Source of the DNA: Alphaproteobacteria bacterium
Lineage (GTDB): Bacteria > Pseudomonadota > Alphaproteobacteria > UBA7887
Assembly (NCBI GenBank): GCA_965216755.1
Contig: CBDCGL010000011.1
Coordinates: 4,544,001-4,608,000 of the forward strand
Direction of reading: 5' to 3'
DNA: 64,000 bases
Below, piece after piece: positions 37,915-48,485 of this stretch. The notes beneath the pieces are model-generated. The model was not told where the DNA came from and did not search any database. It saw only the letters and a list, made by a program, of their open reading frames with translations. The position numbers and the translations under genes were made by a program. Each line of letters starts with the position of its first letter. Position 1 is the stretch's first letter.

Positions 37915-38225
37915 TGGTGCCGCCGGCGTGAATTGAACACGCGACCCCACCCTTCATACCACGATCACTTTCGTAACCCCGGCGATCCACTGATCACCAG
38001 GTTCGTGGCCTGGACCATCCCTTAGCCGTATCGCCCGTGTGGCGACTTAGGCTCCGCCCGTCTGGCCTCTACACCTTTCCGGCCATCTGCCGGACTTGGC
38101 TCGGGATTGCCATGGGCCGTGTGGCCGTTAGGTTTCCCCGACTTTGAGCGGTACTGTCCCACCGGTTTTCCGATGGGTGGGCAAGTGATTACCAAGGGTG
38201 TGCTCTACCCCTGAGCTACGGCGGC
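37915..38225 (-). tRNA. tRNA-Thr(GGU), intron-containing
   Basis: 5' exon 38225-38191 (GCCGCCGTAGCTCAGGGGTAGAGCACACCCTTGGT) plus 3' exon 37954-37915 (AAGGGTGGGGTCGCGTGTTCAATTCACGCCGGCGGCACCA) join to a fully paired 75-nt cloverleaf with encoded CCA. Confidence 0.95.
37955..38190 (-). ncRNA. Group I intron (IC3-like), 236 nt, no ORF, inserted between tRNA positions 36 and 37
   Basis: 5' splice site after U and terminal omega-G. P1 GGUAA-UCAC-UUGCC has a U.G wobble at the splice site. Core elements P AAAGUCGGGGAA, Q AAUCCCGAGC, R GUAGAGGCCAG and S AAGGGAUGGUCC; P2-P9 helices are identifiable. Confidence 0.93.
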
Positions 38226-38412
38226 ACATAAATGTTTGCGTACCCGGCGACCGCAAGAAGACGCATCGTCGAGTTAAAGGGACAGTGCCATACGCGCGGA
38301 ATCGGCGCAAGATCCACACGACGTTGGCTGCCATCACAGCGACAAAACTTGACTCAAGTGCGATGAGACGCAATGTGATTCAGGGAAGATAGATCGAACG
38401 AAGGCAAATCCA

Positions 38413-38625
38413 ATGGCCAGTGAAGTGGAGTCGATCTACAGGGTGGCGCCGGTGTCGGCGGGCGTGCGAAGAAGCGCGCGCCAACAGCGACAGGCCGAGC
38501 AATTGCGCGAGAATTTGCGGAAACGTAAGGCTCAGCAGCGGGCCCGCGCAGAGGCTGAGGCACGCAAGGCGTCGGAAAACGACGAGCCTGTAGGCGAAAA
38601 GCATTTGGCGGATATCGAGGTCTGA
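38413..38625 (+). CDS. Small basic hypothetical protein upstream of murA
   Basis: LRENLRKRKAQ motif, typical of this alphaproteobacterial position. Confidence 0.6.
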   Translation: MASEVESIYRVAPVSAGVRRSARQQRQAEQLRENLRKRKAQQRARAEAEARKASENDEPVGEKHLADIEV

Positions 38626-38869
38626 CGGCGCCACAAAGTTTAGGTGGTACCGAATTGCCAGGTTAGGCACGGCGCAACTCTCGCACCTTATTTGTGCCGG
38701 TCGGAACCTTCGGGCCTGTCGTACACGTCTTGTGATTGGCGAATTGCTGCTCTACAACGTGGCGCTGCGCGCGCGCCGGCGCACTTTGGCCTTCGCAAAT
38801 CATCACGACAAGTCCCATTTGTAAGGCCATGTTTCCCATAATCCCCGTCACAAACTGCCAGGACTCCTA

Positions 38870-40171
38870 GTGGACCGAATTCGTATACGCGGCGGCCAGC
38901 CGTTGCAGGGCACGATCTCGATTGGTGGCGCAAAAAACGCGGCGTTGCCATTGATGGCGGCCACGTTGCTCACCGAAGATATGCTGACCCTCGATAATTT
39001 GCCGCATGTCGCGGATATCGCGACCATGACCGAACTTTTGGTCCAACTTGGCGTGTCGGTTCACATGAACGGCGGCTACGGGCGGACCGAGGATGGCAAT
39101 GGCAGTGCCGAGGGGCGCATGTTGGGCTTGAGCGCCGCCGATCTCATCAACCACACCGCCCCATATGACTTGGTTCGCAAAATGCGGGCCTCTGTATTGG
39201 TTTTGGGACCGCTGCTCACGCGGTTGCGGCGGGCGCGCGTGTCTTTGCCGGGCGGCTGTGCCATCGGACCGCGACCGGTTGACCTGCATCTCAAGGGCTT
39301 GCAGCAGATGGGTGCCGAAATCACGCTCAATGACGGCTATATCGATGCCTCCGCGCCCAGAGGCTTGACCGGTGCCCACATTGCGTTGCCGTCAGTATCG
39401 GTCGGCGCCACAGAGAATTTGATGATGGCCGCGGTCCTGGCCGACGGCGTCACAACGATCGCCAATGCCGCGCGCGAACCAGAGGTCCAAGATTTGGCCA
39501 ATTGTTTGGTCGCCATGGGCGGACAGATCACCGGGATTGGTTCCGATACCTTGGAGATCACCGGCGTGCCACGTCTGACCGGCGCGCAGTATCGTGTCTT
39601 GCCCGATCGTATCGAAACCGGGACGTACGCCATCGCCGCAGCGGTTACCAACGGCGACGTCGAGCTGCTCAATACGGATCTAGACCTGATTGATGCGGTC
39701 GCCGAGAAGCTCACCGACGCGGGAATCCGGCTGACACCCACGGCGCGCGGATTCCGGGTGCGGCGCGACCACCCGCGGATTCGCGGAATAGATTTGATCA
39801 CACAGCCATTTCCGGGTTTTCCGACCGACATGCAGGCACAAATGATGGTTTTGTTGACCGTTGCCGATGGCGCGTCGCTGATCACCGAAACAATATTCGA
39901 AAATCGCTATATGCATGTGCCGGAATTGACACGCATGGGCGCGAATATCACGGTTCACGGCGCCTCGGCGATGGTGCGGGGAACTGACAAGCTGACCGGC
40001 GCGCAAGTGATGGCGACCGATTTGCGTGCCAGCGTATCCCTGGTCTTGGCTGGCTTGGCGGCCGATGATGAAACGGTCATCAACCGGGTGTATCACTTGG
40101 ATCGCGGCTATGAGCGTGTTGAAGAAAAATTGGCCGGGTGTGGCGCCGACATCGAGAGATTGGTCGGCTAA
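38870..40171 (+). CDS. murA: UDP-N-acetylglucosamine 1-carboxyvinyltransferase
   Basis: [37 protein letters not shown] and HLDRGYE. Confidence 0.97.
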   Translation: MDRIRIRGGQPLQGTISIGGAKNAALPLMAATLLTEDMLTLDNLPHVADIATMTELLVQLGVSVHMNGGYGRTEDGNGSAEGRMLGLSAADLINHTAPYDLVRKMRASVLVLGPLLTRLRRARVSLPGGCAIGPRPVDLHLKGLQQMGAEITLNDGYIDASAPRGLTGAHIALPSVSVGATENLMMAAVLADGVTTIANAAREPEVQDLANCLVAMGGQITGIGSDTLEITGVPRLTGAQYRVLPDRIETGTYAIAAAVTNGDVELLNTDLDLIDAVAEKLTDAGIRLTPTARGFRVRRDHPRIRGIDLITQPFPGFPTDMQAQMMVLLTVADGASLITETIFENRYMHVPELTRMGANITVHGASAMVRGTDKLTGAQVMATDLRASVSLVLAGLAADDETVINRVYHLDRGYERVEEKLAGCGADIERLVG

Positions 40172-40186
40172 GCCGGAGCTGAGGTG

Positions 40187-40669
40187 ATGGCGCGCCGCCC
40201 GAAACCCGTGCGCCTGCGCGCCTGCGGCGCCGAAGATCTCACGGTCGTCGCCGCCTGTTTGCAAGATGCCTTGATGCCATTGCGAGAGATGGGATTCCGC
40301 CCGGCGGAGCAACGGTTCGTCGCGGTTTGTGATCGGTTCACCTGGGAAGACCTATCCGCCCACGGCGAGTCATTTGGTGGCGGCGCGGCGCGTTTGCATC
40401 GCGTCAAGGCCGGCTTGCGCTTTGAAGGCGTGACGCGGGCGCGCGTGTCTGGGATCGACCAACGGGAAACGCGCCAGGTTCTGGAACTGTTGACTTTGAC
40501 CCGCGAACCCGGAGCCTTGACCATGCTGTTCAGCGGCGGTGCGGCGATTCGATTGGAAGGCACGCAAATCCGGTGTTTGTTGGAGGATCTGGCGCCGGCG
40601 CGCCCAGCGCGCCAAGTCCCAACACACCCCATCGGCGATGGGCGGCGAGGCGCCACACATGACCAGTGA
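40187..40669 (+). CDS. DUF2948 family protein
   Basis: [18 protein letters not shown] and FSGGAAIRL; conserved position after murA. Confidence 0.8.
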   Translation: MARRPKPVRLRACGAEDLTVVAACLQDALMPLREMGFRPAEQRFVAVCDRFTWEDLSAHGESFGGGAARLHRVKAGLRFEGVTRARVSGIDQRETRQVLELLTLTREPGALTMLFSGGAAIRLEGTQIRCLLEDLAPARPARQVPTHPIGDGRRGATHDQ

Positions 40670-41321
40670 AAAACGTATCGTTATCGCCGTACCAAAAGGC
40701 CGCATCCTGGGTGAGCTTGAACCGCTGATGGCCAAGGCGGGCTTGAACCTTGAGCCCGCGTTTCGCGATCCCAACGTGCGCCAGCTCAGTTTTGCGACCA
40801 ACCACCCCGAAGTCAGCGTGATCCGGGTCCGCAGCTTTGATGTTGCCACATTTGTGGCATTTGGTGCGGCCCATCTGGGTGTGGCCGGTCGTGATGTCTT
40901 GATGGAATTCGATTATCGGGAAGTTTATACACCGCTGGATTTGGGTATCGGCAGGTGCCGCATGGCGGTTGCGGAACCGGCAGAATTGGCAACCAATGAC
41001 GATCCAATGCGGTGGAGCCATGTACGTGTGGCGACAAAATATCCGGAGACGACACGGCGTCACTTTGCCGCGCGTGGTGTGCACGCCGAGTGCATCAAAC
41101 TCAGCGGTGCGATGGAACTCGCGCCAACCCTGGGTTTGTGCCGGCGCATTGTCGACTTGGTTTCGACCGGTGGCACACTCAAGGCCAATGGCTTGGTGGA
41201 AGTCGAACGTATCGCCGATATCAGCTCGCGCTTGGTGGTCAATCGGGCCGTGGCCAAAACCATGCCCGAAGAAATGAATGGTTGGGTCGAGAGATTTCGG
41301 AGCGCGATCGATGGTGCGTAG
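40659..41321 (+). CDS. hisG: ATP phosphoribosyltransferase, short form
   Basis: [19 protein letters not shown] and [16 protein letters not shown]. Confidence 0.95.
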   Translation: MTSEKRIVIAVPKGRILGELEPLMAKAGLNLEPAFRDPNVRQLSFATNHPEVSVIRVRSFDVATFVAFGAAHLGVAGRDVLMEFDYREVYTPLDLGIGRCRMAVAEPAELATNDDPMRWSHVRVATKYPETTRRHFAARGVHAECIKLSGAMELAPTLGLCRRIVDLVSTGGTLKANGLVEVERIADISSRLVVNRAVAKTMPEEMNGWVERFRSAIDGA

Positions 41322-42603
41322 ATTGGATGTTGCGGCGCCCGGTTTTGACGCGGCGTTTGCCGAAGTCCTGGCCGCCAAACGCGAGACCTCGGAAGATGTG
41401 GCGGCGACTGTGGCCGCCATTCTGGCGGATGTGCGGGCGCGCGGCGACGCGGCACTGATTGACTATACACGCAAGTTTGATCGGATCGATTTGGCCGAGT
41501 ATGGCGTGCAAATTAGCGCCGACGCGGTTGCTGCGGCCCGCGCGGCCTGCGATGCGGCGACATTGGCAGCGTTGGACGTGGCGGCGCAACGCATCAAGGA
41601 TTATCACCGGCGCCAATTGCCCACAGATACGATGTATACGGACGATTCTGGCAATCGTCTGGGGGCCAAATGGCGGCCGATCGGCGCCGTTGGGATGTAT
41701 GTGCCGGGTGGCAAGGCGTCGTATCCAAGCTCGGTCCTCATGAATGCGATCCCCGCGCGCGTTGCCGGGGTCAAGCGCTTGGCCATGGTCGTGCCGTCGC
41801 CCGACGGGATGATTGACCCGCTGGTCTTGGCTGCCGCGGACCTCGCCGGGATCACGGAGATCTACAGAATTGGCGGCGCGCAGGCGATTGGCGCGTTGGC
41901 TTTCGGAACCGAAAGTGTCGCCGCGGTTGACAAGATCTGTGGGCCGGGCAACGCCTACGTCGCAGCGGCCAAACGGCAAGTTTTTGGGACTGTTGGCATT
42001 GAAATGATTGCCGGACCATCAGAAATCATGGTTGTCGCTGACAATCAAAATGATCCGAGTTGGATCGCCATCGATTTGCTATCGCAGGCCGAACATGACG
42101 AGGCCGCGCAATCGATATTGGTCACGGATGATGCCGCCTTTGCTGACGCGGTCATGGCGGCGGTCGAGCAGCATCTGTTGACTTTGGACCGCGCCGCGAT
42201 TGCCAGTGCAAGTTGGCGGGATCATGGCGTCGTTATCCTGGTACCAGATCTCCATGCCGCTGCGGCACTGGTCGACCAAGTCGCGCCAGAGCATCTGGAA
42301 TTGGCCGTCGCTGACCCGGATGAGATGGTCGAAGCGGTCACCAATGCCGGCGCTATATTCATGGGGCGGTTCACGCCCGAAGCGGTTGGTGATTATGTGG
42401 CCGGCCCCAACCATGTATTGCCGACCGCTCGCAGCGCGCGCTTTGCGTCGGGCCTGTCGGTCTTAGATTTCATGAAACGTACCAGCATCGTGCAATGTAC
42501 CGCAGACGGACTTGCCGCTATCGGCGCGGCGGCGGTCACCTTGGCCACCGCCGAGGATTTGGGAGCCCACGCGCGGTCAATCGACGTACGGCTGAAGCGC
42601 TGA
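41311..42603 (+). CDS. hisD: Histidinol dehydrogenase
   Basis: [31 protein letters not shown] and [12 protein letters not shown]. Confidence 0.96.
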   Translation: MVRRLDVAAPGFDAAFAEVLAAKRETSEDVAATVAAILADVRARGDAALIDYTRKFDRIDLAEYGVQISADAVAAARAACDAATLAALDVAAQRIKDYHRRQLPTDTMYTDDSGNRLGAKWRPIGAVGMYVPGGKASYPSSVLMNAIPARVAGVKRLAMVVPSPDGMIDPLVLAAADLAGITEIYRIGGAQAIGALAFGTESVAAVDKICGPGNAYVAAAKRQVFGTVGIEMIAGPSEIMVVADNQNDPSWIAIDLLSQAEHDEAAQSILVTDDAAFADAVMAAVEQHLLTLDRAAIASASWRDHGVVILVPDLHAAAALVDQVAPEHLELAVADPDEMVEAVTNAGAIFMGRFTPEAVGDYVAGPNHVLPTARSARFASGLSVLDFMKRTSIVQCTADGLAAIGAAAVTLATAEDLGAHARSIDVRLKR

Positions 42604-42718
42604 CCGCCAATGCTGGCCGCGCGCATCATGACTGATGGACAAAGCTATCGGATTGGCCATCAAAATCGGACGGTAAGCTTACGGCCCGTGTACATGCGAT
42701 GTGGCGCCGGTGTCTGAG

Positions 42719-43222
42719 ATGAGCGGTTCCGATCCCACCAAGACTGATATGTCGCGCCAGCGCATCGTCGATGTCGAGCTGGATCAGGGCAGCGTTGTGC
42801 GGTGGAGCCCGGAGATCGAGCACGAACGCAAGGTCGCCATTTACGACCTGCTGGAAGAGAACCTTTTTGAACCCGTCGCCGGCCATCTGGGGCCATTCGC
42901 TTTGCGTCTGGCGATCGAGGAAAATCGCATCATCCTCGACGTTCGTCTGGCGGACACGCTTGATTGCCTCGAACGCATCACTTTGCCGCAATCATCACTG
43001 CGGCGGATCGTGCGTGACTATTTCACCGTGTGTGAAAGCTATTACGCGGCCATCAAGAACGCCCGGCCGTCGCAAATCGAGGCATTGGACATGGCGCGAC
43101 GCGGCCTTCACAACGATGGCTCCGAGATCCTTCGCGAGCGCCTGCGCGAGAAGGTTACGATGGATTTGAACACGGCGCGCCGGTTGTTCACGTTGGTCTG
43201 TGTGCTGCATTTGCGGCCGTAG
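42719..43222 (+). CDS. UPF0262 family protein (start uncertain)
   Basis: EHERKVAIYDLLEEN, IEALDMARRGLHN and ARRLFTL. Confidence 0.88.
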   Translation: MSGSDPTKTDMSRQRIVDVELDQGSVVRWSPEIEHERKVAIYDLLEENLFEPVAGHLGPFALRLAIEENRIILDVRLADTLDCLERITLPQSSLRRIVRDYFTVCESYYAAIKNARPSQIEALDMARRGLHNDGSEILRERLREKVTMDLNTARRLFTLVCVLHLRP

Positions 43223-43231
43223 GACTCGCCC

Positions 43232-43672
43232 GTGGTGGCCGCAACAAGCGTCCTGTTCTGTTGTTCCCAGAATGCGATCCGCTCGCCAATGGCGGCGGCG
43301 CTGACCGGATGGATGTTTGGCCATCGCCTTTTTGTGGAATCGGTCGGGCTTCGTGCCGGGACGCCGGACCCGTTCGCCGCCGCCGTTATGGAAGAGATTG
43401 GCCTGGACATATCCGGATATGCGCCGAAGACCTTCGATGACCTTGACGAGACGTCGTTCGACTTGATCGTATCGCTATCCCCCGACGCACATCATCGGGC
43501 GATCGAGCTCACCCGTGTCGTGGCGACCGAGGTCGAGTTTTGGAACACATTCGACCCATCGCTTGTCGAGGGCAATCGTGAGTCGCGCTTGGCAGCCTAC
43601 CGCGCCGTTCGCGATGGACTGAAAGACCAAATTGCCAAACGTTTCTCACATCCCAATGCTAGTTCGCCATGA
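43232..43672 (+). CDS. Low-molecular-weight phosphatase/ArsC-like protein
   Basis: LFCCSQNAIRSPMA P-loop; DP motif; conserved position before infA. Confidence 0.85.
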   Translation: MVAATSVLFCCSQNAIRSPMAAALTGWMFGHRLFVESVGLRAGTPDPFAAAVMEEIGLDISGYAPKTFDDLDETSFDLIVSLSPDAHHRAIELTRVVATEVEFWNTFDPSLVEGNRESRLAAYRAVRDGLKDQIAKRFSHPNASSP

Positions 43673-43846
43673 ATTGCGACTGCTGTGAGCGACATGTACG
43701 ACGGCAAATGGCAGCGTTTACCTTGACCATCGCGGCAAGCACGCTCATGTTTGCGCTCACCGTGTCTGAGTTTATTGGGGCCGGTGGCCACGCCACGTAG
43801 CGTCAAATGGAGACTCAATGGCCGATCGAACAGCAAAAGAGGGTTT

Positions 43847-44065
43847 ATGGCAAAGGAAGATGTCCTGGAATTTCCTGGTGTTGTAACAGAGCTCCTGCCG
43901 AACGCTATGTTTCGGGTCAAACTCGAAAACGATCATGAAATTCTCGCTCACACATCCGGTCGCATGCGCAAGAATCGCATCCGTGTTTTGGCGGGCGATA
44001 AGGTTACGGTCGAGATGACCCCGTATGACTTAACCAAGGGCCGGATTGTATTTCGACACAAGTAG
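43847..44065 (+). CDS. infA: Translation initiation factor IF-1
   Basis: MAKEDVLEF...LPNAMFRV...[11 protein letters not shown]. Confidence 0.97.
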   Translation: MAKEDVLEFPGVVTELLPNAMFRVKLENDHEILAHTSGRMRKNRIRVLAGDKVTVEMTPYDLTKGRIVFRHK

Positions 44066-44101
44066 TCGGGATACAGTGATTCGGGTCCATGCACCCAGGC
44101 A

Positions 44102-44701
44102 ATGTGCCTGATTTTGGCATCGTCGTCGTCGCGGCGGCTCGATTTATTGCGTCAAATCGGCATTGAGCCCGATGCTGTTGAACACGCGCAGATTGATGAG
44201 GCGCAACGACCGGGCGAACGGCCTGGCGACATGGCTGTGCGTCTGGCGGACGCGAAAGCCGCAAAGATCGCGGCGCGCCGACCGGGCGCTGCGATCTTGG
44301 CAGCCGATACAGTGGTTGCGTGTGGTCGAAGAGTGCTGGCCAAGGCAGCGGATGCCGATCAGGCGCGCGCCAGCCTAAGAATCTTGTCAGGACGGCGGCA
44401 CCGCGTGCATACCGGTGTGTGCGTTGTCATGCCGGAAGGCGCGTGTCGGCGCCGATTGGTGACCACGATCGTCCGCTTTAAGCGACTGACGGACTGCGAA
44501 ATAGATGCCTATGTGGCCGCCGGGGAGTGGCGCGACAAAGCCGGCGCCTATGCCATTCAGGGGCGCGCCGGCGCCTTTGCCATCGCGATTAACGGTTCCT
44601 ATTCGAACGTCGTCGGCTTGCCGCTGTACGAAACGTTGGCATTGTTGACCGGGTGTAGCGTACTCGACACGCCGCGTTGCCGGTCGGGGGCGGCGCCGTG
44701 A
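44102..44701 (+). CDS. maf: Maf family nucleotide pyrophosphatase
   Basis: LILASSS.RR, ADTVV, DKAGAYAIQG and NVVGLPL. Confidence 0.93.
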   Translation: MCLILASSSSRRLDLLRQIGIEPDAVEHAQIDEAQRPGERPGDMAVRLADAKAAKIAARRPGAAILAADTVVACGRRVLAKAADADQARASLRILSGRRHRVHTGVCVVMPEGACRRRLVTTIVRFKRLTDCEIDAYVAAGEWRDKAGAYAIQGRAGAFAIAINGSYSNVVGLPLYETLALLTGCSVLDTPRCRSGAAP

Positions 44702-46146
44702 GTTGTCAGCTGCTGGTGAGTGTGTCGCTCGGGGAAACGCGGATCGCGTTACGTCGTGACGGACGCCTCATTGAACTGGCGGTTGAACGACCGGAGGCGA
44801 CAAGTTTGATTGGCAATGTCTACCTCGGGCGGGTGATCAAAGTGTTGCCCGGCGTCGAAGCGGCATTTGTCGATTGCGGTCTTGGGCGATCGGCGTTTTT
44901 GCCGGCGTGCGATGCGACCCCCGATGGCCTGGATTCGGATCCGCATGCGCGCATCGCCACGTGCGTGCATGAGGGCCAAACCCTGCTGGTACAAGTGATC
45001 AAGGATCCGACTGGTGACAAAGGCGCCCGCGTTAGCACGCGCATTGCCCTGCCGGGCCGCTATTTGGTTTTTGCGCCGCATGGCACCGGGGTTGCAGTTT
45101 CACGACGCATTCGCGATGAGCAGGAGCGCGCGCGTCTGGTGAGCCTGGTCGATGGCGTCAATTCAGACGACCGCGGGTTCATCGTCCGCACCGCCGGTGA
45201 GGGCGCCGTCGCCGAGGCCATTGCCCGCGACGCAACCAACATGCGGTCGGTTTGGGCAAACATTGAAAGCGCGGTACACGACCGGTCGCCGCCCTGTTGC
45301 GTGTATAACGACCTGGATCCGGTGTGTCGCTATTTGCGTGATCGGATGAACTATGACGTCGTCGAAGTTCTTATCGATGATCGCGCGACATTGGAGGCCG
45401 CGCGCGACTTTTGCCGGCAGACTATGCCGCACCTGGCCGATCGACTGAGCTTGTTTGTCGAGCCCGAGCCCCTTTTTGACGCCTTCGGCGTTGAGGATGA
45501 TATTAGCGGCGCTTTGACATCCGCCGTGCGACTGGCATGTGGCGGGACATTGGTGATCGAGGAAACCGAGGCGCTGACCGTGATCGACGTCAACACCGCG
45601 CGTTTCACAGGCGTGTCGACGCAATCCGATACTGCGCTGCGCACCAATCTGGAAGCGGCTGGCGAGATCGCACACCAGTTACGGCTGCGCAACATTGGTG
45701 GCATCGTGGTCATCGATTTCATTGGTATGCAAACGGTGGCACATCGCGAGCGCATTTTACAGGCTCTGACACATGCATTGGCGGAAGACCCCGCGCCATC
45801 GCGTGTCTATGGATTGTCGGAATTGGGGCTGGTTGAAATGACCCGAAAGCGGACACGTGATTCACTCCATCAGATCATGACCGACCATTGTGGTGCATGC
45901 GGCGGCCGCGGCCGGATCAAGAGCGCCGAGACAATTGCTGCGGAGATCGGGCGCGCCGTGACCCGCGCTGCCGCCGGCGCGCGCGGCAATGAGATCACGA
46001 TCGTTGCATCGCCGGAGATTTTCGCGTGGTTGAGCGATCGGGACGACGCTAGCTGGTGGGCGGGGGTGAAACGCGCGGCGGGCACGCGTATTGCCCTGAT
46101 GCCCGATCCGACATTCTCGCGCGAGCGGTTCGATGTCGCGACATGA
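44698..46146 (+). CDS. rng: Ribonuclease E/G family protein (RNase G-like)
   Basis: GNVYLGRV, AAFVD, VIDVNT, QLRLRNIGGIVVIDFI and EMTRKR. Confidence 0.88.
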   Translation: MSCQLLVSVSLGETRIALRRDGRLIELAVERPEATSLIGNVYLGRVIKVLPGVEAAFVDCGLGRSAFLPACDATPDGLDSDPHARIATCVHEGQTLLVQVIKDPTGDKGARVSTRIALPGRYLVFAPHGTGVAVSRRIRDEQERARLVSLVDGVNSDDRGFIVRTAGEGAVAEAIARDATNMRSVWANIESAVHDRSPPCCVYNDLDPVCRYLRDRMNYDVVEVLIDDRATLEAARDFCRQTMPHLADRLSLFVEPEPLFDAFGVEDDISGALTSAVRLACGGTLVIEETEALTVIDVNTARFTGVSTQSDTALRTNLEAAGEIAHQLRLRNIGGIVVIDFIGMQTVAHRERILQALTHALAEDPAPSRVYGLSELGLVEMTRKRTRDSLHQIMTDHCGACGGRGRIKSAETIAAEIGRAVTRAAAGARGNEITIVASPEIFAWLSDRDDASWWAGVKRAAGTRIALMPDPTFSRERFDVAT

Positions 46147-46162
46147 GCATGGGTGGCTGGTA

Positions 46163-46366
46163 ATGAAGGACCGTACCAACGGCAGCGGCGCGGGTGGGCG
46201 CGCGCCACACCATTGTGTCGAATGCGGCCGCGCCGTGACCCCAGAATTTGCCCCATTCTGTTCGCGGCGTTGCGCGGATATCGATTTGGGCCGCTGGTTG
46301 TCCGGCAGCTATGTCATTCCAGGCCGGCCTCTTGGGCTGGGCGACGACGATGACGAAGAGACATGA
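46163..46366 (+). CDS. yacG: DNA gyrase inhibitor YacG
   Basis: CVECG...PFCSRRC..IDLGRW zinc finger. Confidence 0.9.
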   Translation: MKDRTNGSGAGGRAPHHCVECGRAVTPEFAPFCSRRCADIDLGRWLSGSYVIPGRPLGLGDDDDEET

Positions 46367-46459
46367 CGTGGCGGATTTTTGGCCGTTCGCGCGACCGCCC
46401 CTGGACAGCGGCCGCAGGTTTCGATATTAGGACCGTCGCCTTGTGCTTCGGCGCAACGT

Positions 46460-46535
46460 GCCCAGGTAGCTCAGTTGGTAGAGCAGTGGACTGAAAATCC
46501 TCGTGTCGGTGGTTCAATTCCTCCCCTGGGCACCA
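46460..46535 (+). tRNA. tRNA-Phe(GAA)
   Basis: 76-nt cloverleaf GCCCAGG...CTGAAAA...TTCAATT...CCTGGGCACCA. Confidence 0.95.
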
Positions 46536-47080
46536 TTTATTTCAAAGGGTTAGTTGGCGCGGTTCAGATATTCTGTCTTAATCCGCGCCGTCGCTTTGTG
46601 AACGGATCAGGGGCGTACGTCTCCGTCCAGCGTCTCAAAACCGTGACCATGGCCCTAACGGGCAAACTCGCTGGCCGGATGTCGCGTTAGGTCAAAGCCC
46701 GAAATTCTTTGTCAGCTCGGCCGGTCGCAGATCACGCATGGGATCTGCACGCTGTTGGTTGAGTGCTGTGACGCGATGATCGTGATTTCGAACTCCGACC
46801 TTGTTCCGCAAGTGGCATAACCGGCCGAGAACGTATTCGAATCCTTGCCTGCGCTTTTGCCGGACAGCCGAAAGTTTTCAGAGATAGCAACCTCCTTCAA
46901 AAGCTTGGACGGAACGAGGAGCTTGAAGAGCCGCTGAAAACGATCCGGAAATTTGAGCAAAGTCGCGATCCTCGTCACAGACCTACCCAAAGCGCCTCGG
47001 CGCAGAATCATACATCGACAAACCGCGCCACAAGGATGGCATGGCCCTGGCGGTTTGCATCGCGTCCGCCGAATGTGTTG

Positions 47081-47803
47081 CTACGGCTTTCGTTTGAACA
47101 AGAGATCTGCCTGTGTCGGACCAAAAGCATCCGTATGGGACAAGTTATAGGCGCCGCGAAGAACATAACCAAGCCGGCTAAGAAACTCTATGAGTTCGTG
47201 AGCCAATATTTGTCCAGAATATAGTTCCACAAACGATGCTTCAGTGTAAATAAATTCAATCTTCTCCAAAACACCGGTACTTCCACTTAGTACCGTGTCT
47301 TCCGCGCCTTGTACATCAATCTTGAGCAAAACGCGATCTGACGAAATACATGTACCGACAACCTGGTCCAGACGTCTCACATCCACGGTGATCGTGCGAC
47401 TCTCGCTCACATTATAAGCTTGGTTTTGGCCTGCCCCAATTTGAAGAAGTGAAGAGCTGTCCGCACGATCAGCCACGTGAAGGGTGGCTCGCCCGGACGT
47501 GTCTGCGAGGGCGAATTCGAACAGTTCTACTTTTGAAGAAGAACCCAGATTCTGCCTAAATATTTCTGCTTCGGACGGTAAAGGTTCAAAGGAATAGACT
47601 TTCGAGACGCCGACTTGAATCGCGGCCAGAGCGAATCGGCCATTGTTTGCGCCGACATCGATGACGGTGCGTGGCCGAACGAATCGAAGCATTTCGAGAT
47701 GCTCGACTGCGACAGCGGTTCTTGTCTTAAGATAGGCTTTCCGAGCATATGGAGAACGAATTAGACTTGCGATTTTCTTTATTTTACTCATCCGTAAACT
47801 CAT
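47081..47803 (-). CDS. FkbM family methyltransferase
   Basis: IDVGANNG, SFEP and LLKIDVQGAE; true start at 47803 or 47791 (the ORF-track extension is IS-derived). Confidence 0.88.
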   Translation of the reverse strand: MSLRMSKIKKIASLIRSPYARKAYLKTRTAVAVEHLEMLRFVRPRTVIDVGANNGRFALAAIQVGVSKVYSFEPLPSEAEIFRQNLGSSSKVELFEFALADTSGRATLHVADRADSSSLLQIGAGQNQAYNVSESRTITVDVRRLDQVVGTCISSDRVLLKIDVQGAEDTVLSGSTGVLEKIEFIYTEASFVELYSGQILAHELIEFLSRLGYVLRGAYNLSHTDAFGPTQADLLFKRKP

Positions 47804-47861
47804 GGATATTTGTTTTGCAAAATAAAAGCGAGAGTCAGTTCTCACATCATCGGATTCCTGC

Positions 47862-48110
47862 GGGATGTCGACCCCGTTTGACCAGACACGCGGCGATGTG
47901 ACTTGGGATCCTCGGAATTCGTGCAGTGATTCCCAATTGAGAGCGGAATGTGGATGGTTGTCATTGTAATCCTCGAACCATCCGGTAATTTGTTCAAGTG
48001 CGGTTTTCGCGTGGGATTTCACTGCCCCGAATACATACGCGCTTGACGGTTTTCACAACTGCCTCGGGCGATCGCTGGCTCTTGTTCGACCGACCAAGGC
48101 CGTCCATGTG
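47862..48110 (-). mobile_element. IS3-family (IS2-like) transposase 3' remnant
   Basis: Frameshifted EAVVKTVKR and WFEDYNDNHPHSAL match the IS3-family OrfB C-terminus; followed by a terminal-repeat-like GTGTCTGGTCAAACGGGGTCGACATCCC. Confidence 0.65.
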
Positions 48111-48485
48111 CGGTTCCTGTGATCGCTTCAATCCGTCGAAAGTCATCAGACATAAGCATACGCCTATGGCGATGCCTAAGCTTCCCTGCTTACGCCAACT
48201 GTCCGGTCCAAATGGGGCCAATTCAACAGGATCATCAACTCTACGCTGCTGCCCGATCATCGCCCAACAGCGGGATTCGTGCTTATCGACAGAATTGCTT
48301 TAGTGTGACGGACGGATGCGCGAAATTCACCCCTGATCTGACCAAATCTTTGAAATGTCGGTTGTTCTGTTGTTGTCGGACATCGTTTTGATTTGGCGAT
48401 CTTGGTAGCCTCGAGACAGAGGTAACGGTCATGGCTTTTCGCCTGGCCTCACTTAACTCCGCCCCGCGGTCTTGCCGAAGTCTTG

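Noticed and set aside
37915-38225. tRNA halves read as attL/attR of an integrated element, or as a tRNA pseudogene
   Set aside because: The halves are complementary, not duplicated. The insert has group I core motifs, a P1 U.G pair and an omega-G, and there is no integrase.
38128-38392. Short ORFs overlapping the intron/tRNA as a possible homing endonuclease
   Set aside because: Too short, they cross the tRNA exon, and they show no LAGLIDADG, HNH, GIY-YIG or PD-(D/E)xK motif.
46460-46535. U-U mismatches in the tRNA-Phe anticodon and T stems as a sign of pseudogenisation
   Set aside because: All conserved bases, the acceptor stem and CCA are intact, and the gene sits in its conserved position.
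47804-48022. 73-aa N-terminal extension of the FkbM ORF as a real fusion
   Set aside because: The extension is largely the C-terminal tail of a decayed IS3-family transposase that happens to be in frame.
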